Shown here in pieces: positions 38,895 through 49,193 of a stretch of DNA of 64,000 bases. The notes under the pieces were generated by a model. It did no database searches. It saw only the letters and a program-made list of their open reading frames with translations, and was not told the DNA's origin. Source of the DNA: Mobula hypostoma (lineage: Eukaryota); the NCBI RefSeq assembly GCF_963921235.1, contig NC_086097.1, positions 205,966,001 through 206,030,000 of the forward strand, written 5' to 3'. How positions within the stretch are numbered: position 1 is the stretch's first letter; every line of letters begins with the position of its first letter. Both the position numbers and the translations under genes were made by a program.

Positions 38895-39308
38895 CCACAC
38901 ACTAGGTGGCAAGGTGGAGATACGTCTCAATCAAATGAGGTGTAAGGCGCTCCTTCCCTCTGCTAGACTGCAGATCACCCTTGGGTAAGGTGTAGCACTT
39001 GCTTAGCCCCCTCCCCGCCTCACAACAACCCCACCCCCCGATCAGGGTCATGTGAAGTCATGGGAGCAGGTGGTGGATAATCGTATGAACAACTGGTGCA
39101 TATCACAAGTCCAGGTTATGCCACCACTGACACCAGGCAGACAGTCTCCAAAGAGTACTGATAATGGTTGGGGTCACCCGTCTTGTAAAGCCACTGCCCA
39201 GGTGAAGGCAATGGCAAACCACACCTGCAGAAAAATTTGCCAAAAACAATCATGGTGAAGACCATGATCGCCTACATCATACGGCACAGCACGGCACATA
39301 ATGAATGC
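38895..39308 (+). mobile_element. Short non-autonomous RTE-derived (Bov-A-like bipartite) element
   Basis: Contains GAAGGCAATGGCAAACCAC..TTGCC..CATGG, a motif typical of RTE/BovB 5' UTRs. Ends CACGGCACATAATGAATG. No ORF. Confidence 0.6.
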
Positions 39309-39384
39309 ATGAATCCCACTCGAGTCTTTCAGAAGCTGTTCAAAGCAAACAGTACTTTTTGGCAACAGCATGTGGAAATTACAG

Positions 39385-39720
39385 TTGGCAAAGTGGCACA
39401 TACGGTGGAGATGACATCTCTCATCTCCAGTGACCAGCATTCAATCCTGAACTCTATGGCTGTTCAGGTGGCGCATTCATATACTTTCTGTGAATATTCA
39501 TATACCTCCTGTGAATGTGAGAGTTTCCTATGTGTGTTCTGGTTTCCTCCCAGAGATGTGTGGGCTGGTACAATAATAGTCTACTTTAAGTTATCTCTGC
39601 TCTGTGCATGTGGGAGGTAGATTCTGAGAGAGGGGGGATAAATTGATGAGAATGTGGATAGCATTCAAGGTGATTAGAATACTTGAAAGCCTCATGATCA
39701 ACATAGGTGTGATTGGCTGA
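39385..39720 (+). mobile_element. Decayed V-SINE
   Basis: tRNA-like head remnant (GTGGCACA..TTCAATCC) and V-domain remnant GTTCTGGTTTCCTCCCA. Confidence 0.5.
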
Positions 39721-42086
39721 AGTTAAGACCCTAACTCACATGCAGTTCCAATTATTTGTGAGTGATTATTAACCGGCAACTCTGGATAGAAGTGTTGGAC
39801 ACAAACTCTCATATCTAGTAGTAAACTCCAAAACAACTTTCAAATTCTCATGAAGGGAAGGAAAATCAGCTAAAAACTCTCTAGGGTCCCATTTGGAAAA
39901 TGGGGATTTGGATGACACTTGATGGGTTGCAAACACTTATGCAAATTGATAGCAGAATCGGACCATTGTCTGCAACAACGACTGAGAGACATGAACTAAA
40001 AAGAAAATGAGGTCAAAATCTCTCTCAGAAATAAGTGCACCAGAGGGCCATATAGCCCCTCAGGCAATTCAAAAAGACCAGGCTGATCAATTTGTGGTTA
40101 CAGCTCTGTTCTCCTACCTATCTCAGAAGCAGGGAATTCCAAACACATATGACCCTCTGAGAAGAGGAATACTTTCCTTTTTCTCTAAAATGAGTGATTC
40201 CTTATTGTGCAACAAGATCTCCAGTTCTAGGTTCACCATCGCATGAAACATTATATTCATTATCCAATATGTCAAGCCCTTCTGAATCTTACATCCTTCA
40301 ATAAGATGATCTGTCTGCTCAAACTTTCCCCATAATTCTACTCTTCATGCCAAGGATCAACTCAATAATGTTTCTCTGAAATATTTTCAGTGCAAGGTTA
40401 TCCCTCTTTAAACAGAAACCAAAACATACTTCAATGTTATCACCAAAGCCGTGTATCTGCCACAACAAAGCTCCACTACTTCCAAAAATCTACAATCCAT
40501 CCCCTTTTGTAATGAAGGGCTATATTACTTTGCCTTCCTAATTGCTAAATGTACCTCATGTACAACAAAACTGGACAAGCAATTTCGTCAAACTAAGTAA
40601 TAGAAATACTATTTTAATATCAAACTAATGGGCAATTGATGATATTAATAATTCAAAAATAGTTTCAAAAATATCATTTTATAAGGTAAAACTAACACAT
40701 AAGTTTAATTAAATTCAGCAGACTGCAACTAAAATGACTTTAGTCAGATAACAGTACATTAAATCCAAAATTAAGTTATAAGGACCTTAGCATAGAACTT
40801 AAAATCACCTTCTCGGCTTCTTTCTTCTCAGTTATTAAACCTTACCCAAAATCTTATCGGAAGGAATTAAATATCAATTAATTAAATGGTCCAGGATGCC
40901 TCAGAGCGACTGCAGTACATTCTTAAGAGGAAGTGTGAGCAGCCAGAGGCCATGGTGAACATTGGCACCAATGACAGAGGTAGAAGGGGGGAGAGGCGGA
41001 GGTCCTGCATGATGAGTATAGAGTATTAGGGCAGGGGCTGAAGAGCAGGATCTCCAAGGTAGTAATCTATGGATTACTCTCAGGACCACATGCTAGTTAG
41101 GGCAAGAATAGAATGATAGTAAAGATGAAATGAGTGGCTGAGCACCTGGTGCAGGGGGCAGGGTTTCAGATTTCTGGATCATTGGGATCTCTTATGGGGA
41201 AGGTATGACCTATAAAAAAGGATAGGTTACACCTGAACCCAAGGGGAATCAATATCCTTACAAGCATTTTTTTCGGAATTGCTGGGGAGGGTTGAAACTA
41301 AGTTGGCAGGGGGATGGGAACTGGAGTGATAGGGCTGAGAATGGGGCAGTTGCTATACAAGTCGAGGCAATGTATAGTGAGACTGTGAAAAAGGACAGGG
41401 AGATGATAGGGCAAAATTCCAGTCAGTGGAATAAGTTGAGTTCTAACATGGGGGAAAATTCAAAATGAGTGATGAATACAGGGCTAAAGGTGTTACATTT
41501 GAATGCACACAGTATATGGAGTAAGGTAGATGAATTTGTAGTGCTATTAGAGATTGCAGGTAGGATGTTGTGGGCATCACTGAGTCATGGCTGAAGGAAG
41601 ATCATGGTTGGGAGCTTAATATCCAAGGATAAATCTTGTATCAAAAGAACAAGCAGTGAGGCAGAGGGGATGAGTGACTCCGTTGGTAAAAAAATGAAAT
41701 CAAATCCTTAGAAAGAGATGACATAGGATTCGAAGAAACCTTGTTGGTAAAGTTAAGAAACTGCAAGGATAAAAATACCATTATAGGAGTTATATTCAGG
41801 TCTATGAACAGTAGCAAGGTTGTGGCATACAAATTTTCAATGGGAAATAGAAAAGACATGTAATAAGGGCAAGGTTACAATAGTCACGTTGGATTTTAAT
41901 ATGCAGATAGATTGGGAAAATCAGCTTGGCGTTGATCCCTAGAAAGAGAATTTGTAGAATGCCTAAGAGATGGCTTTTTAGAGCAGCCTATGGTAGAGAC
42001 CACCAGGGGAAAGGCAATTCTGGATTGAGTATTGTGTAATGAACCAGATTTGAGTAGAGAGCTAAAGGTAACATTAGCGAGCTAAT

Positions 42087-42270
42087 CCCTCCCCCTCCTG
42101 TCTTCTCCTATCATTTTGGATCTCCCCCTCCCCCTCCCACTTTCAAATCTCTTACTAGCTCTTCCTTCAGTTAATCCTGACAAAGGGTCTCGGCCCGAAA
42201 CGTTGACTGTACCTCTTCCTAGAGATGCTGCCTGGCCTGCTGCGTTCACCAGCAACTTTGATGTGTGTTG
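42087..42270 (+). mobile_element. Penelope pLTR fragment with mutated hammerhead (42173-42209)
   Basis: Near-identical to 4329-4455. TSD ATTAG(C/A)GAGCTAAT at 42073-42086 and 42271-42284. Confidence 0.85.
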
Positions 42271-42284
42271 ATTAGAGAGCTAAT

Positions 42285-43664
42285 GTTAGCCTGACATCAG
42301 TGATTGGGGAGTTGTTGGATTTGATTGTTAGGGGTGAAATTATGGAATACCTGGAGGTACATGAAAGGATAGGCCAAAGCCAGCATGGTGTCTTGAAAGG
42401 AAAATCCTGCCTGACTAACCAACTGCAATTTTTTGAGGAAATTACAAGCAGGGTAGACAAAGGAGATGCAGTAGATGTGGTGTACTTGGATTTTCAGAAG
42501 GCCTTTGACAAGGTGCCACACATGAGGCTGCTTAGCAAGATAAGAGCCCAGGGAATTACAATGGAGTTACCAGCATAGGTAGAGTATTGGCTGACCGGCA
42601 GAAAACAGACAGTGGGAATAAAGGGATCCTATTCTGGCTGGCTGCTGGTTTCCAGTGGAGTTCCACAGGTGTCAGTGTTGGGATCGCTGCTTTTTACAAT
42701 GTACGTCAATGATTTGGACCTTGGTATTAACGGACTGTGGCTAAATTTGCCAATGATACAAATATAGGTGGAGGAGTGGGTAGTGTTGAGGAAACAGAGA
42801 GCCAGCAGAGAGACTTAGATAGTTTAGGGGAATGGGCAAAGTAGTAGCAAATGAAATACAATATTGGTCATGCAGTTTGGTGGAAGTAATAAATGGACAG
42901 ACTATTATTTAGATCGGTAGAGAATTCAAAATGCAGAGATGCAAAGGGACTTAGGAGTCCTTGTGCAGGATACCCTAAAGGTTGACCTCCAGGTTGAGTC
43001 GGTTCTGAAGAAAGTGAATGCAATGTTGGCATTTATTTCTAGAGGTATAGAATATAAGAGCAGGGATGTGATGTTGAGGCTCTATAAGGCACTCGTGAGA
43101 TCAAACTTAGAGTATTGTGTGCAGTTTTGGGCTCCTTATTTTAGAAAGGATACACTGACATTGGAGAGAGTTCAGAGAAGATTCACGAGAATGATTCCAG
43201 GAATGAAAGGGTTATCATATGAGGAACGCCTGGCAGCTCTTGGGCTGTATTCCCTGCAGTTCAGAAGAATGAGGGGTGATCTCATAGAAACATTCTGAAT
43301 GTTAAAAGCCCTGAACAGATTAGATATGGCAAAGTTATTTCCTATGGTAGGATTTCTAGGACAAAAGGGCACAACTTCAGGATTGAAGGACATCCATTTA
43401 GAACAGAGGTACAGAAAAATTACTTCAGTCAGACAGTCATTAATCTGTGGAATTTGTTGCCACGAGCAGCTGTAGAGGCTAAGTTATTGGGTGCACTTAA
43501 GGCAGAGATAGGTAGGTCTTGATTAGCCAGGGCATCAAAGGGTAACAGGAGAAGACAGGGGAGTGGGGATGACTGAAAGAATTGGATCAACCCATGATTG
43601 AATGGCAGAGCAGACTCGATGGGCTGAATGGCCTGCTTCTGCTCCAATATCTTACAGTCTTATT
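42285..43664 (+). mobile_element. Younger 5'-truncated CR1 (RT and 3' UTR)
   Basis: [48 protein letters not shown]. Tail TCTTACAGTCTTAT. Confidence 0.92.
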
Positions 43665-45726
43665 GTAAAGGAATCCCTAGGAGGCAAAGATCATAATATG
43701 ATGGAATTCACTCTACAGTTTGAGAAGAAGATAAAATCAGATGTATCAGTATTACTGTGAAGTAAAGGGAATTACAGAAACATGAGAAAGGTGCTAGCTG
43801 AAGTTGATTGAATTGGGCTACTAGCAGGGATGATGACAGAACAGCAATGACTGGAGTTTCTAGGAGCAATTCAGAAGGCGCAGGATACAGTAGGTATATC
43901 CCAAAGATGAAGAAGTATTCTAGAGGGAGGATGAGACAACAAGGGCTGACAAAGACACCTGAAAAGCAAAGATAAGGGCATAATAATATAGCAAAACTTT
44001 GTGGGAAATTGAGTGGTTGGGAAGCTTTTAAAAACTAATACAAGGCCACTGAAGAGAGAAAAGATGAAATATGAAGGTAAGCTAGTCAATAATATCAAAG
44101 AGGATACCCAAGGATTTATTTTATTTATATATATATAAAGAGTGAAAGAGAGGTGACAGTTGATATTAAACAATGGGAAAATGACACTGGAGAGATATTA
44201 ATGGAGGAGAAAGAAAGGGTAGATGCACTTCATAATTATTTTCCATCATTCTTCACTGTGGAAGACACTAGCAACATGCCAGAAATTCGGAAGTGTCAGG
44301 GTGCAAAAGTGAGTATATTTGTTTTTACAAAGGAGAAGGTGCATGGGAAGCTGAACAGTTTGAAGGTAGATAAGTCATTTGGTCCACATTGGCTACACTG
44401 CAGAGTTCTGAACGAGGTACTTGGAGATTGTGGAGGAACTAGTACTGATCTTTCAAGAATCACTAGATTCTGGAATGGTTCCAGAGGATTGTAAGATTGA
44501 AAATGACACTCCACTCTTTAAGAACGGAAGAAGGCAGAAGAAAATAAATTATCGGTCAGTTAGCCTGACTTCAGTGGTTGTGGAAATGTTGGAGTCCACA
44601 TAAAGCTATATAACAAGATAAGAGCCCATGATATTATAGAAAAGATATTAGCATGGATAGCAAATTGGCTCACGGGTAGGAAGCAAAAATTCAGAATAAA
44701 TACCATCAAAACAGAGTAACTCTCATTTAGCTCTTTAATTATAAATCCAAAGCAGGAAAAATACTTTAATCTGTCTACTCCACATTTCAAATGAGTATTA
44801 TCACCAAATACAGAAAGTTTCCATTAAGCTCAGTTCATGTAAGACTTCATTTTGGAAACCATTCTACAATGATAACTGCTGTGGCTACCACCAGGAAAAT
44901 CATGTGGCACTATATTTGTTCAATTGCATTCAACAAAAATGTTGCAAAATTTGAAATTAGAATTCCAATACTCTCTTAACTACTAACCCTGGAGTGATGC
45001 TCGAAATCTAAAATTAAAACAGGAAATGTTGGAAATACTCAGCAGGTCATGAGAAGAAAAACATTGCAGGACAAGGAACTCTGATGAAGTCTTTGTGCTT
45101 GTTTGAGACATCTTACTGGACTTATGGAATAGGGGAGCAGACATAAAAGCATAATATATAGGAGCAGAATTAATCCATTTGGCCCATTGAGTCCATCCTC
45201 CTGTCTTCTTCTCAAAACCTTTGTAACCCTGACTAACCAAAAACATATCAAACTCACTTTTAACTGTCAACAGTTGAGACCTTTGAGAGAAAAGTCAGCC
45301 AGCACCTACATAGATGGCTGGGTCTGCCGAGAAGACTAAGCAGCCTCACTTTGTGTAGGACGAAAATCAGACTACAACTCCCCATCAGCAGTGTGAGCAA
45401 GAAGTTCATGGTTATCTGTGCAAGAGAAGTGCTACAATACAGAGTCCAGCAACCCCAAGGTCTCGCTCACTGGCATTGAGGTGAGTACAGGCAGGAAGTG
45501 GAGGGTGTAAGATGCATTTGAACAAATCCAAGTATGGCTGAGCAGAAGTGTGCTAGTGGGCTCAGTGCCATTGGGATGGGCGGCCTTGTGTTGCTTCCCA
45601 ACAGTCCGTTACAATTGGGTGCAAGGAAGACTGAGGTGCCAGTAGGTCCAGCAGGAGATGCGAGCTGCTGTGGAGGAGCTACGTGCCAGCAAGATTGCTG
45701 GTATGTGGCAACAAGGTGTGTGGACA

Positions 45727-46924
45727 GCTTCCTGTGTGGATGCATCAGGCTGTGCGTGGATCCCAGATACGTGGGCACAAAGTACCACTATGTGCCCAGG
45801 TTCTACCTGTTGCCCTGGCTACGAAGGATGGGTCTGGCCCCTTTCCCACGCAACACCCCTGTCAGCTGGTCATTGCCTCCATACCTGTCCTTCGTAGAAA
45901 AATTCTTCAAGGCCAACGCATTTGACCACAAGGCAATTAGACAGTGGTCGGCATGTACTGTCCTGCAGGCACTGCAGGAGAAGGACGTGATGGACACAGT
46001 GGCGTGGTTCCCTGAGCAGACCGTCCACTTCATCTGGCAAAATGCCTCATCGCCAGACCTCACGAACAGGCACAAAGATCTCGCCTGGCTGGCGGTGAGA
46101 GGGGTCCTCCAAGTCAGATCCCTCCTGTACGCCCGGAATGTCGTCTCCGCACCCCACTGCCCATGGGAGGACTGTAATGGGGTGGAGTCGGTGGCTCTCC
46201 TCTTTGCACACTGTGGGTTCACCAAGAAGGTGTGGAGAAGAATGGAGGGGACAGTGCTAAGATTCATGCCCAGCAGCTGCGTTACCGAGGACTCCGTGAT
46301 CTACGGGCTGTTCCCAGGGACACACACGGAGACCAACATCCGGTGCTGCTGGCAGATCATCAATTTGGTGAAAGACGCGCTTTGGTCTGCCCGAAACTTG
46401 GTGGTCTGCCAGCACATGGAGATGTCAGTGACTGAATGCTGCCGACTGGCTCACTCTCACCTGCAGGAGTACGAGCTGAGGGACGCACTCAAGCTTGGTG
46501 CGGCCACCGCGAAGGCCCGGTGGGGAAGGACCACAGTTTAAGGTTCATCACCCGTGGGAATCGGAGGGGTCAGGTGGGGAGGAGAATATCCCTCATCAGC
46601 GGTGTGGACAGATGATTCAACATAGTGCCCCAGGAGTGGGAGGAATTGTTAATTTGGAAAAGGAATTAGAGCCAACGCCTGCCTTTATTGTTGATAATTT
46701 TATTGCAAATAAGTCTTAACTCTTAACCAAGGGTTGAGAGTAAATGAATGATTTATTGTAAACATCTTTCATTTGTATATGAACAGAGAGTCAATGCGTA
46801 ATTTTATTGTAAATAACTTTAATTATTGAATAAGGACTCAGGGTCAATGAATGTTTTTTTAAAATATGTATATAACTTTATTTTGTAATACTTCTGAATA
46901 AAGTATTTCTGAAGGAAAAAAAAA
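45727..46924 (+). mobile_element. 5'-truncated Tx1/L1-clade LINE (ORF2 C-terminal zinc-finger region, 3' UTR, polyA)
   Basis: WQNASSPDLTNRHKDLAW..CPWEDC..ESV.LFAHC..VW with stop at 46541. AATAAA and A9 tail. 17-bp TSD at 45710-45726 and 46923-46939. Confidence 0.88.
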
Positions 46925-47054
46925 CAAGGCATGTGGACAAGATGGGACCAGGTAACAGAGTGCATCATCTTGTATAGAGAATTTTAGCAAGCTGAACCCC
47001 ACCGCATCAAGTTCCTGAGCTAGTCGGTCTATGGCATCTTACCAAGCCCATCGA

Positions 47055-47640
47055 AGCTCTACTGATGGAGTTGGCTGAGCTTACAGCTTTCTGCAAGTTT
47101 TTCCGATCCTGTGTAGTGGCTCATCCATCCCAGATAGTGATGCAACCAGTTAGAATGCTTTCCATGCTACATCTGTAGAAATTTGTGAGTGTCTTTGGTG
47201 ACATACCAATTCTCGTCAAGCTCCCTATGAAATATAGCCATTGCTGTACTTTCTTTGCAATTGCATCCATAAATTAGGCTGAGGATAGATCCTCAGACAC
47301 TAAGAAATTTGAAACTGCTCACTCTTTCCACTTCTGATCCCTCACTGGGGATTGGTGTATGTTCCCTTGACTCCAACTTGATTTTCCCAATCTACCTGCA
47401 AACTGAAATCCCCGGTGACCATCATAACATTGTCCTATCTACTTGACTTTTCAATCTTCCAGTGTAATTTGTACCCCATATCTGACTAGGTTCGGAGGCC
47501 GGCACATAACTCCCATCATGATATTTTTGACCTTCTCAGTTTCTTAACTTTACCCACAAAGCTACTACACCTTCTGTCACTTTCTAAGAATTTGATTTCA
47601 TTTTTTACAACAAAGCCACCTCACTCCCTCTGCCCATGAC
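47055..47640 (-). mobile_element. Adjacent Rex1 (about 47055-47372) and CR1 APE (about 47385-47640) fragments
   Basis: Reverse of ILTGCIT..RKKLQK, and reverse of GDFSLQVDWEN. Confidence 0.6.
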
Positions 47641-48164
47641 CAGTAGCTAATAGATTAAAACGAAAGCAAGTCCTGAATAAATTGTGCACATTTAACTCCC
47701 ACAGATACTTTAAGGCAACTTCTCAACAGGTGTGAGAAATTCTGATTCTATACCAGTGCAATTATGAAGAGGAAGACAATAAATTAATGTTTATCTTAAT
47801 TGTCCCTCATTGAAACCCTCCTGATGAGATTAGGGAAGGCATTATATGGCCATCTCCTATTTTAACACATTGTTAACGATATATCCATGCCACTAACTTC
47901 ACAGCTCACTACATGCCTATTTTGTTACTTAATATGCTGGCTTTCTACATATCCAGTTAAACTTTCCTCAAAAATGTAACAGAAGAAGTACATTCTGATT
48001 ATCAGGTATTCTGTGTTCTGAACCCTTCAGACTAGACACCAGTATTTGGAAGCTTAAAGGAGTTATGTCAATATTTATACGTAATTCTACAGTTAGCTGT
48101 CTACATTCAAAATGTGAAAGTAGATACTCATTGCCATTGAAACTGTATTTAACAATTTACTATC

Positions 48165-48331
48165 AAGAGAAAATCTGCAGATGCAGGAAATCCAAGTAAC
48201 ACACACATAATACTCGAGGAACTCAACAGGCCAGGAAGCAACTATGGAAAAGAGTACAGTCAACATTTCGGGCCGAGACCCTTCATCAGGACTGGAGAAA
48301 AACAGATGAGGAGTCAGAGTAAGAAGGTGGG
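48165..48331 (-). mobile_element. Penelope pLTR fragment with hammerhead motif (48257-48294)
   Basis: Minus strand reads CAGTC CTGATGA AGGGTCTCGGCCC GAAA TG TT GACTG. Confidence 0.78.
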
Positions 48332-48777
48332 CCTACACAGTACTGCAGTTTAAAATGGAACTTAGATGTTTTATGTGCATACATACAAGCCTGAATGGGC
48401 TCTTCCCAATTTTCTACCAGACATCATTGAATTTAATATGATTCCACTATATTTTCTATGCAACATTCAGAAAAATGCAACAATCCCCTGAGGAATAAGA
48501 AGGATGCTACAGGAGACAGGAGATCCACTAATCCCATCAGAATGAGAGACTGGCAGGATTCACTAGTCATCTCACTGCTCTCCTCCAAGTGTGAGAGCAC
48601 AATGAAGAGACACAGAAAGAAACTTTACTTCCTCACAAAATATATCATGATAATCTAATCACCACTCTTCACACTGGAAGTTGAAGATCCTCAAAGGAAA
48701 GTGTGTTCTATACAGAGGTCAAAGTTCTTTAAAGAAAGAAACATGAGTTTGTGGTAAACCATGTATATACGTTGTAA

Positions 48778-48953
48778 GCAACAGGAATTCTGCAGATGCT
48801 GGAAATTCAAGCAACATACATCAAAGTTGCGCAGCATCTATAGGAAGAGGCGCAGTCGATGCTTCAGGCCGAGACCCTTCATCAGGACTGAAGCGTCAAC
48901 TGCACCTCTTCCTATAGATGCTGCTTGGCCTGCTGCGTTCACCAGCAACTTTG
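48778..48953. mobile_element. Mini Penelope fold-back palindrome inserted in the 5' LTR, with hammerhead variant at 48853-48890 (minus)
   Basis: 17-bp TSD ATGTATATA(C/T)GTTGTAA at 48761-48777 and 48954-48970. Absent from the 3' LTR. Confidence 0.9.
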
Positions 48954-49035
48954 ATGTATATATGTTGTAACTCGGTTACCTGTCTGGACACGCCCCTCAG
49001 CTGACTGCCCCCGTGGCTCCTCCCACAGAGTCCTG

Positions 49036-49112
49036 TATAAAGATGTTCGCCTTGCCCCTCCCCCTCAGTCCGGGGGCACTCACTGTGGAGGTCGTATTGT
49101 ATAGCGAATAAA
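49036..49112 (+). promoter_or_regulatory. LTR TATA box, initiator and polyA signal
   Basis: TATAAA at 49036-49041, TCAGT with A at 49067 (31 nt downstream), AATAAA at 49107-49112. Confidence 0.65.
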
Positions 49113-49193
49113 AGCCTTTCAGTATTTTACCAAACCTCAGTCTTTTGGAGTAATTGAAGGTGCTTCAATTTTATTCGCTGTACGTTTTAAAAC

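Larger units (their letters stand above)
40885..44700 (+). mobile_element. Older CR1 (ORF1 esterase end, APE, RT start) split at about 42071/43666 by younger insertions
   Basis: SGNH-esterase remnants VNIGTND and DRLHLNPRG; APE ITESWL. Sequence resumes GTAAAGGAATCCCTAGGAGG after 43665. Confidence 0.8.
48750..49167 (+). repeat. 5' LTR (225 bp plus a nested Penelope insertion)
   Basis: Matches 53158-53386 with about 9 substitutions and one 4-bp indel, counted by eye. Confidence 0.95.

Noticed and set aside
45534..45726. N-terminal part of the 335-aa ORF as a novel fusion gene
   Set aside because: Flanking DNA that is open by chance upstream of the TSD; no evidence of expression.
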